62,709 bases of DNA from Promethearchaeota archaeon (lineage in GTDB: Archaea > Asgardarchaeota > Lokiarchaeia > Sigyniarchaeales > SOKP01), in NCBI GenBank assembly GCA_030667705.1, contig DAOUVJ010000002.1, forward strand, positions 1-62,709. The letters are read 5' to 3'. Below the pieces are notes generated by a model. The model was not told the origin of the DNA and did not search any database. It saw only the letters and a program-made list of their open reading frames with translations. Of this stretch, positions 29,288-38,616 are shown piece after piece (within the stretch, counting starts at the first letter, position 1; each line of letters starts with the position of its first letter). The translations under genes were made by a program, and so were the position numbers.

Positions 29288-29890
29288 TTGATAATGAAGA
29301 TTATGACTATATTGAAAAACAAAGTTGTCCTTATCATAATTCAATTTTTGATATTAACTTTAATGATTTATGGTTTTAATCATTCTTATCAAATTACTTT
29401 TGATACCACTACATCTATAGAACAGCAAATTATAATACAATTTCTTGCGAATTATGTTATATTTGATGATATAAATGGCATGATATTTATGGGTATAATT
29501 TGGATTATTGTTTCACTCCTTCCTATCATCATCTTTTTTGATTTTAAAAAAGCATATTCAACCAACTTGAGTACATTCTTTTTTCTTAACTTTTTCTTCT
29601 ATGTGTTTTTGATTAGACATTCTCCTAATTTCTTTAACATTACTTTTATTACGAATACTCTCTTACTTGGTTCTATTATAATAGTCATTTCAATTGGATT
29701 ATCATTAGTTTTAAAATACTTTAAAAAACCTTGGGAAATGAAGAAACAAGAACAATTCAGTCAAAATAATGGAAAATCATTGATGGTGTGCCCCCAATGT
29801 GGTACGGAATTTCAATCTATACCAATGTTTTGCTATAATTGTAATACAAAATTAGTCAATGGAGAGGAGGATGCTAACTCTGAATTCTAA
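29288..29890 (+). CDS. Membrane protein (about 5 TM) with a C-terminal zinc ribbon
   Basis: Hydrophobic segments are followed by CPQCG...CYNCN. The 3' end overlaps the next gene by 20 nt. Confidence 0.4.
   Translation: MIMKIMTILKNKVVLIIIQFLILTLMIYGFNHSYQITFDTTTSIEQQIIIQFLANYVIFDDINGMIFMGIIWIIVSLLPIIIFFDFKKAYSTNLSTFFFLNFFFYVFLIRHSPNFFNITFITNTLLLGSIIIVISIGLSLVLKYFKKPWEMKKQEQFSQNNGKSLMVCPQCGTEFQSIPMFCYNCNTKLVNGEEDANSEF
29861..29870 (+). promoter_or_regulatory. Shine-Dalgarno-like GGAGAGGAGG immediately upstream of the ATG at 29871
   Basis: Read directly from the sequence. Confidence 0.45.
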
Positions 29891-31334
29891 AAGTTCATTT
29901 AATGATTTTGATTTAATGTTTAATCCTAAAAACGTCATGATATATGAAGCAAAACCGAAAATCTCATTTTTCGTGAGCGGATTCATAAGGCAAAATTTCG
30001 ATTTAAACAATTTATATTTAGTTTCTCCAAAATTAGATTCTATCTTAGATGTAAAATGTATCAAATCGATCGACGAAATTCCGGCAGAAACTATTGATTT
30101 AGTAATTCTCTCTGTTAGACGGAGCATTTTAATAGAAACTATAGAAGAAATTTTATCAAAAAAAATAATTAAATTCTTCCATATTTTTACAGCAGGTACG
30201 GGAGAATCAGATGATGTTGGAATTGAGATTGAGAAACAGCTAAAAAAGACTCTAAATCGATTTGGTGACACTAGAGCAATTGGTCCGAATTGCATGGGAT
30301 TGTATAGTCCTAAAGGTAAAATTGCATATTATTCTTCATTTCCGGTTGAATCAGGGAATATTAGCTTGATTTTTCAGTCTGGAGATTTACATTCGAAAAT
30401 GGTTAAATTTGGATCACGTCGATATGATCTAAAGTTTTCTAAAGGAGTTAGTGTTGGAAACTGTGTCGACATTCAAATCTCTGAATTATTAAGTTATTTT
30501 AATGAAGATATTGATACAGATATAATCTGTGTGTATCAAGAGGGTTTTTCTCCATTCACTAAAGAAGAAGGGAAGAGATTGCTATGTGTAATGAAAAAAA
30601 TGAAAAAACCTGTTTTGTACATGCGAGGAGGAAAAACGTTAAGAGGTCAAACAGCTGTATTAACCCATACAGGTGCAATAGCAACTTCAAAAAATATTTG
30701 GAAGGCAATATTCAAACAAACACCTGCCATTGAGGTAAAATCTTCATTAGATGAACTAATTGATTATACTTACATGTTCTATAAGTACTTTAATTATTTC
30801 AAAACAAGTAACAAACCGATAAAATATCCTGAAAATAAGCGAGCTTTAGTTGTATTATGGTCTGGTGGATTTGGAATCCTAGCAACGGATACTTTAACTG
30901 AGTTAGGTATTGATCTTCCACATTTCACAGGGGCAGCACTAGAGAAACTTAAAGCAATTTATCCCTCGAAAATTGGTAGCTTAGCAAATCCATTTGATTT
31001 ACCATGGGTAACATCTAAGAGGGAATATTTAGATGTATGCAAGGCTGCAATTGATGATAATATTGATCTCGTAATAGTAGAAACTGATGCTTGGAGGGAT
31101 CTGGAATCAAACCATTTCAAAGGATATTATCATAATTTAACTGAAATAAAAAAACATGTTGAATCTCTTAATAAGGTTTTTACAATTATATTACATGAAT
31201 ATCCAAGTGAATCAAGAAAGAAATTTTATGCAATGCTCATCGCAGATAATTATCTAGTGTATCCAAATATTGATATAGCTGCCAAATCATTTCTCAAACT
31301 TTATGAATATGGAAACAAACAAAAATCTCTATGA
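29871..31334 (+). CDS. ADP-forming acyl-CoA synthetase alpha-subunit-like protein (CoA-binding plus CoA-ligase domains)
   Basis: Contains GPNCMGLYSP, QSGDL, and LTHTGAIA (phosphohistidine loop). No ATP-grasp beta domain or gene is nearby. Confidence 0.7.
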   Translation: MLTLNSKSSFNDFDLMFNPKNVMIYEAKPKISFFVSGFIRQNFDLNNLYLVSPKLDSILDVKCIKSIDEIPAETIDLVILSVRRSILIETIEEILSKKIIKFFHIFTAGTGESDDVGIEIEKQLKKTLNRFGDTRAIGPNCMGLYSPKGKIAYYSSFPVESGNISLIFQSGDLHSKMVKFGSRRYDLKFSKGVSVGNCVDIQISELLSYFNEDIDTDIICVYQEGFSPFTKEEGKRLLCVMKKMKKPVLYMRGGKTLRGQTAVLTHTGAIATSKNIWKAIFKQTPAIEVKSSLDELIDYTYMFYKYFNYFKTSNKPIKYPENKRALVVLWSGGFGILATDTLTELGIDLPHFTGAALEKLKAIYPSKIGSLANPFDLPWVTSKREYLDVCKAAIDDNIDLVIVETDAWRDLESNHFKGYYHNLTEIKKHVESLNKVFTIILHEYPSESRKKFYAMLIADNYLVYPNIDIAAKSFLKLYEYGNKQKSL

Positions 31335-31407
31335 AATCTCTGAGAGCATTTTTTTTGTACTCAATTACAATCTGAAAAGATTTATCTAATGAATTATAAT
31401 TACTCTA

Positions 31408-32361
31408 ATGGCTGGAGAGTTTATTGCAATTTTAGCTGTTTTAACCTTTGTTATCTCAAATGTGATTTTTAAAAGAGCTGAACATGAAGCGAGCCCTACG
31501 TTCATAAATTTTGTTCGTACTGCCATTGGAACACTCACTTTTTTCATGCTTGCTATAATATTCAACATCTTCTTTCTTGTTTTTTTACTTCCTTGGGAAT
31601 TATGGTTGATTCTATTCATTAGCTTTCTATTTGGTCAAATAATTGGTGATACAGCATATTTTATAGCACAAAAAGAGTTAGGAATTACAATGGCTCTTGC
31701 AGTTTCGATGATTTTCCCACTTATAACTTTTATTCTTTCAATAATCTTCCTAAATGAACCTTTTGACCTTCGAGTGGTTATTTCGCTTATCCTTGTTGGT
31801 TTAGGTATTTACATAATTGGTAAAAGCAAAGTCGTTGATAATTTACCATCCAAAACAATCGTAGAACCTAAAAGTAAACATTCTAAACTCTCTAAATCTC
31901 GAATTAAGGCCATTAGTTTTGGAATTTTAGCAGCTCTTGGATGGGCTGTAGGCTTAGTCATTATTGATTTTGCTACTAATGAAATCAATCGTATCTTGTC
32001 AATAGAAGAATTAAGCTCTGTAATTGGAAATGTCATCAGGTTTCCATTTGCTCTAATAATATTAATATCCATGGTTTTACGTGAAAATTATAGAACAAGA
32101 GCGGTAAACACAAATATAAAAAGAAGCGGAAAAACTTGGGCTCTTTTAATTATAGGTGCGATTATTGGCACATCTATAGGTGCTTATATTTATACTGAAG
32201 CTGCTCGTGTAGCAGGTGCGACAATCATGGCTTTAATAGCTAGTGCTAGCCCACTTTTTTCTCTTCCATTGACATATTTCATAAATAAGGAAAGGATTAC
32301 GAAATTTGGTTTTGTGGGTGTTATTTTTACCATTTTAGGAGTAATAGTTATTATATTCTAA
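31408..32361 (+). CDS. DMT/EamA-family transporter (about 10 TM)
   Basis: The hydrophobic profile shows two repeated 5-TM halves typical of EamA. Confidence 0.65.
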   Translation: MAGEFIAILAVLTFVISNVIFKRAEHEASPTFINFVRTAIGTLTFFMLAIIFNIFFLVFLLPWELWLILFISFLFGQIIGDTAYFIAQKELGITMALAVSMIFPLITFILSIIFLNEPFDLRVVISLILVGLGIYIIGKSKVVDNLPSKTIVEPKSKHSKLSKSRIKAISFGILAALGWAVGLVIIDFATNEINRILSIEELSSVIGNVIRFPFALIILISMVLRENYRTRAVNTNIKRSGKTWALLIIGAIIGTSIGAYIYTEAARVAGATIMALIASASPLFSLPLTYFINKERITKFGFVGVIFTILGVIVIIF

Positions 32362-32454
32362 GAATATTATGATCATATGAATATCGGAAGGTTTTGCGAT
32401 TGTTAAGAAATTAAAGAGCGGTGAATGCCCAAATGGGGATTATAAATAAATGTC

Positions 32455-33036
32455 CTATTTTTTGATAATTTTTTCATAATCAAATTCATTCTTCTTTAAA
32501 ATGGATTCAACCATGTTTAAAAACACAGCGTGGATGTTATAACCATCTTTGGAAGAAGTTTTGTAAAATGGAATGGAATCATGTCGCGTTCTAAAATTTT
32601 CTATCACTAAATCATCTACTTTTTCAGGATCTTGTACTAAATCGCTTTTACAGCCCAGCAAGATTTTAGGTGTATCCTTATGAAGTAATTTTGATAGATG
32701 ATCATTCCACCAATTTAACCCTAAGAGAGAATTGTTCAAATTAAATAGACTAAAAACGAGAAATACTCCATTAGCACCATGAATATAATAACTAAACATC
32801 TTCTTGAATTGCTCCTGTCCACCGAAATCCCATATAGACAAACGAATGTTTTGTTCTTCACCATTAATTATTATTGGAAAGTCATGGGCATAGAAGTCAA
32901 TACCTATCGTTAATTTTGTATCAGCATCGAACGAATCTAAACACAATCTTCTAGCAAGACAAGTCTTTCCGGTCCCACCATTCCCAATGAGACAAATCTT
33001 GAAGATATAAATAGGTTTATCATTATTATTAAACAT
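32455..33036 (-). CDS. Rab/Ras-like small GTPase
   Basis: G1 is GNGGTGKTC, switch I is TIGIDF, G3 is WDFGGQE and G4 is a degenerate CKSD. There is no C-terminal Cys. Confidence 0.8.
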   Translation of the reverse strand: MFNNNDKPIYIFKICLIGNGGTGKTCLARRLCLDSFDADTKLTIGIDFYAHDFPIIINGEEQNIRLSIWDFGGQEQFKKMFSYYIHGANGVFLVFSLFNLNNSLLGLNWWNDHLSKLLHKDTPKILLGCKSDLVQDPEKVDDLVIENFRTRHDSIPFYKTSSKDGYNIHAVFLNMVESILKKNEFDYEKIIKK

Positions 33037-33572
33037 GAAGTTATTTTCTCTTTTTTTAAATTTTGGTGAAATTTTCTTATTGTAAAAATAATCGATATAA
33101 TCAATTTTAAATCTTTAGAAATCAGAAGAAAATTAATATTTAATAAAACAAGAGTAGTGCTAAATGTCATGAAAAATCCATTACAGATTCTTTAATATTC
33201 TTTTCTTTTTTTTGAGTAATTAAAGAAGAAATATCAGCTCCACTTCAGAAATTTATTTCCCAAATAAAGAAAAGTTTTATCTGAGTTGCAGATCTACAAT
33301 AATTGGCTCCAATATTCATCAGAAACATTGTGTAATTACTATATTGATCTGATCAACATGCTTATTTGAACTCAGTTTTTGATCAAATTTGCAGATCCGA
33401 AATTACTACTAAAAAAATTGTTTCAAATCACGGGTGATTTTTTTTGTCGAACAAAGATCATCAATCTGATAAATCAGATTCATCTGCATCAACCAACACA
33501 TTTATATATGAGTAATACCAATTTAATTGTAATAACATTAAAATTTTTAAAAAATATTTAAAATAGTATTGT

Positions 33573-33577
33573 GGAGG
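33573..33577 (+). promoter_or_regulatory. Shine-Dalgarno-like GGAGG, 11 nt upstream of the histone ATG
   Basis: The sequence reads gtggaggaataaaaaattATG. Confidence 0.35.
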
Positions 33578-33588
33578 AATAAAAAATT

Positions 33589-33795
33589 ATGGCAGCTTTC
33601 GCATGGTCTCCGCTTCGCTCACTTATGAAAAAAGCAGGTGCTGAAATCGTAAGTCGTGCAGCAGTAGACAAATTAATGGACTACCTCGAGGAATACGCAA
33701 AGGAATTAACAGGTTGCGCCCTCGATATCGCAAAACACTCAGGCAGAAAGAAAGTTACACAAAATGACATGAAAATCGCAATCACTTTAATTTAA
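33589..33795 (+). CDS. Archaeal histone (HMf-type histone fold)
   Basis: At 68 aa it contains LMKKAGAEIVSRAAVDKLMDYLEEYAKEL...AKHSGRKKVTQNDMKIA, which matches the histone-fold L1/alpha2/L2/alpha3 pattern. Confidence 0.9.
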   Translation: MAAFAWSPLRSLMKKAGAEIVSRAAVDKLMDYLEEYAKELTGCALDIAKHSGRKKVTQNDMKIAITLI

Positions 33796-33840
33796 ACCGA
33801 TTTTCGTCTTGGACTTGAATGTTTGGCAAAAAAATCAAAC

Positions 33841-33851
33841 TTTTTTTTTTT
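33841..33851 (+). terminator. Oligo-T tract (11 T) downstream of the histone gene
   Basis: The T11 run begins 46 nt after the stop. Archaeal terminators are T-tracts. Confidence 0.45.
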
Positions 33852-33980
33852 ATTTAATTTTATTAGCGCAATTTGGATACAAATTTATCATAAATTTCTG
33901 ATAAATAAAGGACCTTAAGAAGAGATTTCCTTATTCGAATAAAGCAAAGTCTAATGATTTCTATAGTACTTTAAAATTGA

Positions 33981-34077
33981 ATAGCAGTAGAAAAATTAGA
34001 TGAATTAGTAATAGAAAATTTTAGATATTGTGGTCGAAAGAAAGTAACCCAAGATGATATGAAACGGGCGATGATGT
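33981..34077 (+). pseudogene. Decayed histone paralogue remnant
   Basis: This open frame has no start codon. It encodes IAVEKLDELVIENFRYCGRKKVTQDDMKRAMM, compared with AAVDKLMDYLEEY...HSGRKKVTQNDMKIAI in the intact gene. It has an internal deletion of ~13 aa and lacks alpha1. Confidence 0.45.
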
Positions 34078-34110
34078 TTTTTTTATTAAAAAAATTAATT
34101 ATAAAAAAAC

Positions 34111-35520
34111 CTAATCTAAATGTGTTTTAAGAAATTCTTGATATGTACATAATTTATCTAGAGATTTAGCTAAAGCTTCAATCGATTCATATACGGGAAT
34201 TTTCAGCTGGAACATTTCTTTCTTGAACTGTAATCTGGCGGAATAATAATCAACATCGTCAGTGATTTTATAAGCGATGCAAACAAATGGTTTGCTCATT
34301 TCATGATAAGCTTTTTTAACGTATTTAAGAATATGCTTGTCAAAATTTATAACCCAACCAAATACAATCGCAGAGATGTTAGGATCTCTATCTAAAGCAA
34401 TTAATGATTTATAAAAAACTTCGGGATTTATTCCACTGCTTCCGAGATCCAATGGATTGCGAACGATAGTATTAACACCGGGTAGAAATTTGAGTATATT
34501 TTCTCGTGTTTCGGGTAATAATCTTGGAATTGATAGGTTATACTGTTCAAGTATATCCGTAATTTGGATTGACGCTCCACCTCCAATGCTTATCACACCA
34601 ATTTTTCGATCAATGGATAAGTTTAAGAGATACTGAAATGTCATTGCCAAGTTTTGAAATTCTTCAGCATTTTTTACGAGTATTGCTCCAGACTGACGCG
34701 TTACACCTTCCCATATTGCTTGAGACCCTGCTAAACCTCCCGTATGAGAAAGAATTGCTTCTCTTGATGATTCACCAGATCCAACTTTCCAAATAATGAC
34801 GGGTTTATTTTTAAGAGCTAATTTTTTCAGGATTTGTCTAAAATTCTGTCCATTATCCTTATTTTTTAGATTTTCAATATAAAGCCCTATTACTCTTGTT
34901 TCTTTATCTGTAAGGAAGGTTTCAAGAAAATCTACGAAATTCAAATCAATTTGGTTTCCTATTGATATCGCTTTACTTATGTGGTTTCCGTAAATAGAAG
35001 AAGCCATTGAAGACATCTGTATTGCTAATCCACCAGATTGAAGAATCATGCCAAAATTACCTGAATTCGTACTCAATCTCGATGAAAAAGATATATTATT
35101 TTTTGGAACATAAATCCCCAAGCAATTAGGGCCAATGATTCTTATATCATATTTTATCGCTATTTTTAAGATATCGGACTCTAAAGACTGCTTACCAACT
35201 TCAGAGAAACCAGAAGTGAATATTGTGACAAACGGAACCTTCCTCTTTCCTACTTCCTCTAAAATGGTCGGACAGAGTTTAGCAGGAACCGCAATAATAA
35301 CATGATCTATTGGTTCTTCCATCGGAATATCTAAAATAGATCCATGTACATGTAAATTTCTAATTATTTGACCTTTCAATCGAGGATTAAAGATGTAGAT
35401 AGGCTTATCGTAAGGCATGCTTTGAAGACTCCTGAGGAAAAAGCCTCCTCCATAAGGTTTATCACTAACACCTATTATTCCAATAGCCCTCGGATTAAAT
35501 AAGCGATTGAAGTCGAGCAT
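34111..35520 (-). CDS. ADP-forming acyl-CoA synthetase alpha-subunit-like protein (paralogue of 29871-31334)
   Basis: Contains LFNPRAIGIIGVS, GPNCLGIYVP, QSGGLA and SHTGGLAG. Confidence 0.75.
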   Translation of the reverse strand: MLDFNRLFNPRAIGIIGVSDKPYGGGFFLRSLQSMPYDKPIYIFNPRLKGQIIRNLHVHGSILDIPMEEPIDHVIIAVPAKLCPTILEEVGKRKVPFVTIFTSGFSEVGKQSLESDILKIAIKYDIRIIGPNCLGIYVPKNNISFSSRLSTNSGNFGMILQSGGLAIQMSSMASSIYGNHISKAISIGNQIDLNFVDFLETFLTDKETRVIGLYIENLKNKDNGQNFRQILKKLALKNKPVIIWKVGSGESSREAILSHTGGLAGSQAIWEGVTRQSGAILVKNAEEFQNLAMTFQYLLNLSIDRKIGVISIGGGASIQITDILEQYNLSIPRLLPETRENILKFLPGVNTIVRNPLDLGSSGINPEVFYKSLIALDRDPNISAIVFGWVINFDKHILKYVKKAYHEMSKPFVCIAYKITDDVDYYSARLQFKKEMFQLKIPVYESIEALAKSLDKLCTYQEFLKTHLD

Positions 35521-35652
35521 GCTATATCTTTTTAATCAAAATTATCGTAAATTTCAAAATTAACTATAGATAATTTATTGAAACTTTAAAAGCATGTTAT
35601 AATTTTTAGAATAATAATCAATTCCCTTCGTTATTTAGCACGATTTAAAGGA

Positions 35653-36204
35653 TTACTCATCGATAGGATATTTATCAAAAAGAAAATCTGTCATGACTTC
35701 AAATGCTTTCTCCACGTTTTTTCCTGTCTTGGAAGATAGTTCTATAAATGATGTTAGACTGTATGTTTTAGCGGCTTGAATTCCTTCATCCCTTGATACG
35801 GCACGATATTCCTCCAAATCAAGTTTAGATCCTACTAACATTATTGGTATGTCTCCAGCATGTTCTCTAACGAGTTGAGTCCATGCAGGGAGATGTTCGA
35901 GTGTTCTGGCATTTGTGATGTCATACAGGAAAAATGCAGCATTTGCTCCTTTACAATATTGGGAAAGCAAGAATCGAAATCTTTCTTCTCCTCCAAAGTC
36001 CCAAATCTGTAGTTTTACCTTATGGACGTTATGGAATATGACGTTTTTTGAATAAAAGTCAACTCCAATAGTCAACTTGAGATCTCGAAGGAAATAGCCC
36101 GAAATAAATCTTATCGTTAAGGAGGTCTTCCCTACGGATGCGTCTCCAAGCATCATTACTTTAAAAGTATAATCAAAGTCAGTCAACTCTTCCCACCTCC
36201 GCAT
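35653..36204 (-). CDS. Rab-like small GTPase
   Basis: G1 is GDASVGKTS, switch I is TIGVDF, G3 is WDFGGEE and G4 is a degenerate SKLD. There is no C-terminal Cys. Confidence 0.8.
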   Translation of the reverse strand: MRRWEELTDFDYTFKVMMLGDASVGKTSLTIRFISGYFLRDLKLTIGVDFYSKNVIFHNVHKVKLQIWDFGGEERFRFLLSQYCKGANAAFFLYDITNARTLEHLPAWTQLVREHAGDIPIMLVGSKLDLEEYRAVSRDEGIQAAKTYSLTSFIELSSKTGKNVEKAFEVMTDFLFDKYPIDE

Positions 36205-36572
36205 TTAAACTTAATTTAAGTAAATTAAAAATGAACTTATAACGATATTTTATTCTTTATTCTTATATATTATATTAAATCCACTTACTATTTATTACTC
36301 TTTTCGAAAGATAAAACTTTTGAAAAAGAAGATCTATATTGAAAAGGTAAAATAATATTTAATTTGGGAATTAAAAAGGTCGACTATTACGCTCTAATGG
36401 TTGATCTATCAAGATATAGGCAAGAGTTAGATACAGAAGCAGTTCTTGAACCCGAATTCACAGATTACAGTATTTATTGATAAAATTCATTATAAGTTAT
36501 CCAAAATTTTTAGTGTTATTTGAAACTATGTCAAAATTTCTCTAAGCAGGTTTAAATTAAAAAATCATGCTA

Positions 36573-37226
36573 TTAAAAGATTAAAACTAAGATATTAAAG
36601 AGTGAATGAGCAACCATGCTTGGTAGAAGTGATTCTTTATTAATTCTATATAGTCCACCAAATAGCAATCCAAATGTAAAGTAATATCCAAAAAATGTAA
36701 TTACTGTAGATAAGGGAACTAAAATGGGGGGAACGTGATAAATAGTGAAACAAAGGGATGAAATAATCAATGCTAATATATAATTTGACTTATTTTTAAT
36801 TTTTTTTAAAACAAAACCTCGAAAAAATCCTTCTTCACACGGTCCTACAATAAGAACTTGAAGAACAATTATTATAGCAAGCTCAATAAGCTGGGGATTC
36901 ATTGGTTCAACACTAATAGCATTGTTAATCGCATTCTCTACAAAAACTACGCCCATCACATTTTTAATTACAACATCTACAAAAAAAAAGAAAATCCATC
37001 CTCCCATAAGATAAAAAAAAAACCCGATTAAGATTCCTTGAGAAATCAATAATAATCCTCTCTTGATATTGTAGTTTAACAAACTAAAACCCATATCTAC
37101 TAATTCTTCTCTAAATGATTTCTTTTCTACATGAGATGCGATTAAATTTGGAATTATAATTAATAGAATTTCTAAAATGATAAATAAAATCAAGATAAAT
37201 GGATTTGCTCCTAAATTGATTGCCAT
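36573..37226 (-). CDS. CPBP (CAAX protease/Abi) family intramembrane metalloprotease
   Basis: Has a multi-TM region with the EEGFFRGF motif, FTIYH and HSLFN. Confidence 0.7.
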   Translation of the reverse strand: MAINLGANPFILILFIILEILLIIIPNLIASHVEKKSFREELVDMGFSLLNYNIKRGLLLISQGILIGFFFYLMGGWIFFFFVDVVIKNVMGVVFVENAINNAISVEPMNPQLIELAIIIVLQVLIVGPCEEGFFRGFVLKKIKNKSNYILALIISSLCFTIYHVPPILVPLSTVITFFGYYFTFGLLFGGLYRINKESLLPSMVAHSLFNILVLIF

Positions 37227-37318
37227 TGTTATTGTGATAAGGCTTTATTTCCATTTTATAAATTATAAAACTAAATCTCTCATCATTATTATTATTATCT
37301 CGTATTTATTCAATCTTG

Positions 37319-38614
37319 ATGACGATAAAGAATACATTTACTTTTTATGATGATGATTATGATGATGAAAATGAGAAGGATAACTCAAAATATGATTATT
37401 CAATAAATCATAAAATAGGACACACAAAAGAACAACTACTCTTCAAAAACCTGAAAGAAATCGCTTTTGATTTCTTGAAAATTGAGGAAACTAAAAAAGG
37501 GTTCATGAAAATAATCCAAAAAAATATGAGAGAGCTTGATTTTTCTGAATTTATAGAAGATCCATATTTTGATATAAAAGAAAACCTTTTAACCAGAGAA
37601 ATTGCTCATGCAAACATAAGGGGATTGAATATAGCTAGTGTCGATGGTAGTTCTGTTGTTAAACATTTTATGAATGCAGATTTCTCATTTCTGAAAGCAA
37701 TCTGTGTGAAATATTATTTTTACAAAAACCATTCCTCAAAGATAAAATATTTTCCCGATATAAGTGGATATAATAACTACTTGGTTCAAGCAAATTTTAT
37801 CAATAAGGATGAAACTAATGTTGATGCTCAGATCTCAATGGATATGAATCTAATGGAGATCACCCTTCTCAATGATTTAATTAATACTAGTGATAATTTA
37901 GATCTTATTATTATAGATGGTTCAATAGTCCCAATGCCTATTAATCTCATTTTTGGGAGGGATCCAGATATATCACATAAATATGATACACTCCTAAGGG
38001 AATATCGCCGGTTATACACCAATTGTATGGATAAAGATATTGTTTTAATCGGTTCAATCAAGGACACTAGAACATCAGCATTGATACATTCATTACGTAG
38101 TGGAATTCAATTATTAAAACCAAATACTTCTAGATTAAGTGATTTCATTAAAGTAAATTATCGTCAGATAATTAATTATTTCTCAGATTTAGATTTTTTT
38201 ACAAGATTATTAAATAAATCAGAGAGGTCATGTATATTTAATTGTAAAAAAGATATGAAGAAAATACGTGAACCAGGAATTAAAAGGGAAATACCAAATT
38301 ATTTCCCAAATAATTTCTATGCTTTTTATCTAAAAACAGTAAAACATGACACACCCTGTCGAATCGAATTTTTCACTAATGAAGATGATACTATAAAAGA
38401 AGCTTCTGATAAAGCCGATTTGATTAGCTCAATAATATTACCAATATCAAGTTACAACGAAAATTACGGTTTACCAATACCGCAGATTGAAGCCCATAGG
38501 AGAGCAGTATTTAAACCATCAGAAATAAATCTTTTATTTAATAACATAACGAGAAATCTTAGCATGAACGGGATAAACTTGCTTGAAAAAAGGAGAGCAA
38601 GAAGACCTTTTTAA
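37319..38614 (+). CDS. NurA-domain nuclease-like protein
   Basis: Contains IASVDGSSV, LIIIDGSIVP, IGSIKDTRTS and C-terminal YGLPIPQIEAHRRA, which match the NurA blocks. No herA/mre11/rad50 is nearby. Confidence 0.55.
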   Translation: MTIKNTFTFYDDDYDDENEKDNSKYDYSINHKIGHTKEQLLFKNLKEIAFDFLKIEETKKGFMKIIQKNMRELDFSEFIEDPYFDIKENLLTREIAHANIRGLNIASVDGSSVVKHFMNADFSFLKAICVKYYFYKNHSSKIKYFPDISGYNNYLVQANFINKDETNVDAQISMDMNLMEITLLNDLINTSDNLDLIIIDGSIVPMPINLIFGRDPDISHKYDTLLREYRRLYTNCMDKDIVLIGSIKDTRTSALIHSLRSGIQLLKPNTSRLSDFIKVNYRQIINYFSDLDFFTRLLNKSERSCIFNCKKDMKKIREPGIKREIPNYFPNNFYAFYLKTVKHDTPCRIEFFTNEDDTIKEASDKADLISSIILPISSYNENYGLPIPQIEAHRRAVFKPSEINLLFNNITRNLSMNGINLLEKRRARRPF

Positions 38615-38616
38615 AC

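Noticed and set aside
29852-30295. A 147-aa minus-strand ORF overlapping the start of the acyl-CoA synthetase-like gene.
   Set aside because: It is antisense to a gene with clear family motifs and a strong SD+ATG, and it has no recognisable motif of its own.
33463-33480. A perfect 8-bp inverted repeat (aatctgat-aa-atcagatt), ~110 nt upstream of the histone gene, considered as a possible operator.
   Set aside because: In a 62-kb AT-rich sequence, several such 8-bp palindromes are expected by chance. There is no second copy and no associated regulator.
33379-33561. A 60-aa ORF in the long spacer upstream of the histone gene.
   Set aside because: It starts at a non-ATG codon, its composition is low-complexity, and it has no SD. 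It more likely represents promoter or 5'-UTR DNA for the histone gene.
36398-36481. A 27-codon ATG ORF (MVDLSRYRQELDTEAVLEPEFTDYSIY) in the 368-nt spacer between the GTPase and CPBP genes.
   Set aside because: It is too short, it has no SD-like motif at the expected spacing, and no homology is recognisable. It cannot be supported from sequence alone.
35653-37226. A Rab-like GTPase next to a CAAX-protease-family (CPBP) gene, which suggested a eukaryote-like prenyl-CAAX processing module.
   Set aside because: None of the three small GTPases in the window has a C-terminal Cys or CAAX box; they end ...PIDE, ...KIIKK and ...ETVTV. The genes are 368 nt apart, and CPBP proteins are widespread in prokaryotes with unrelated roles.
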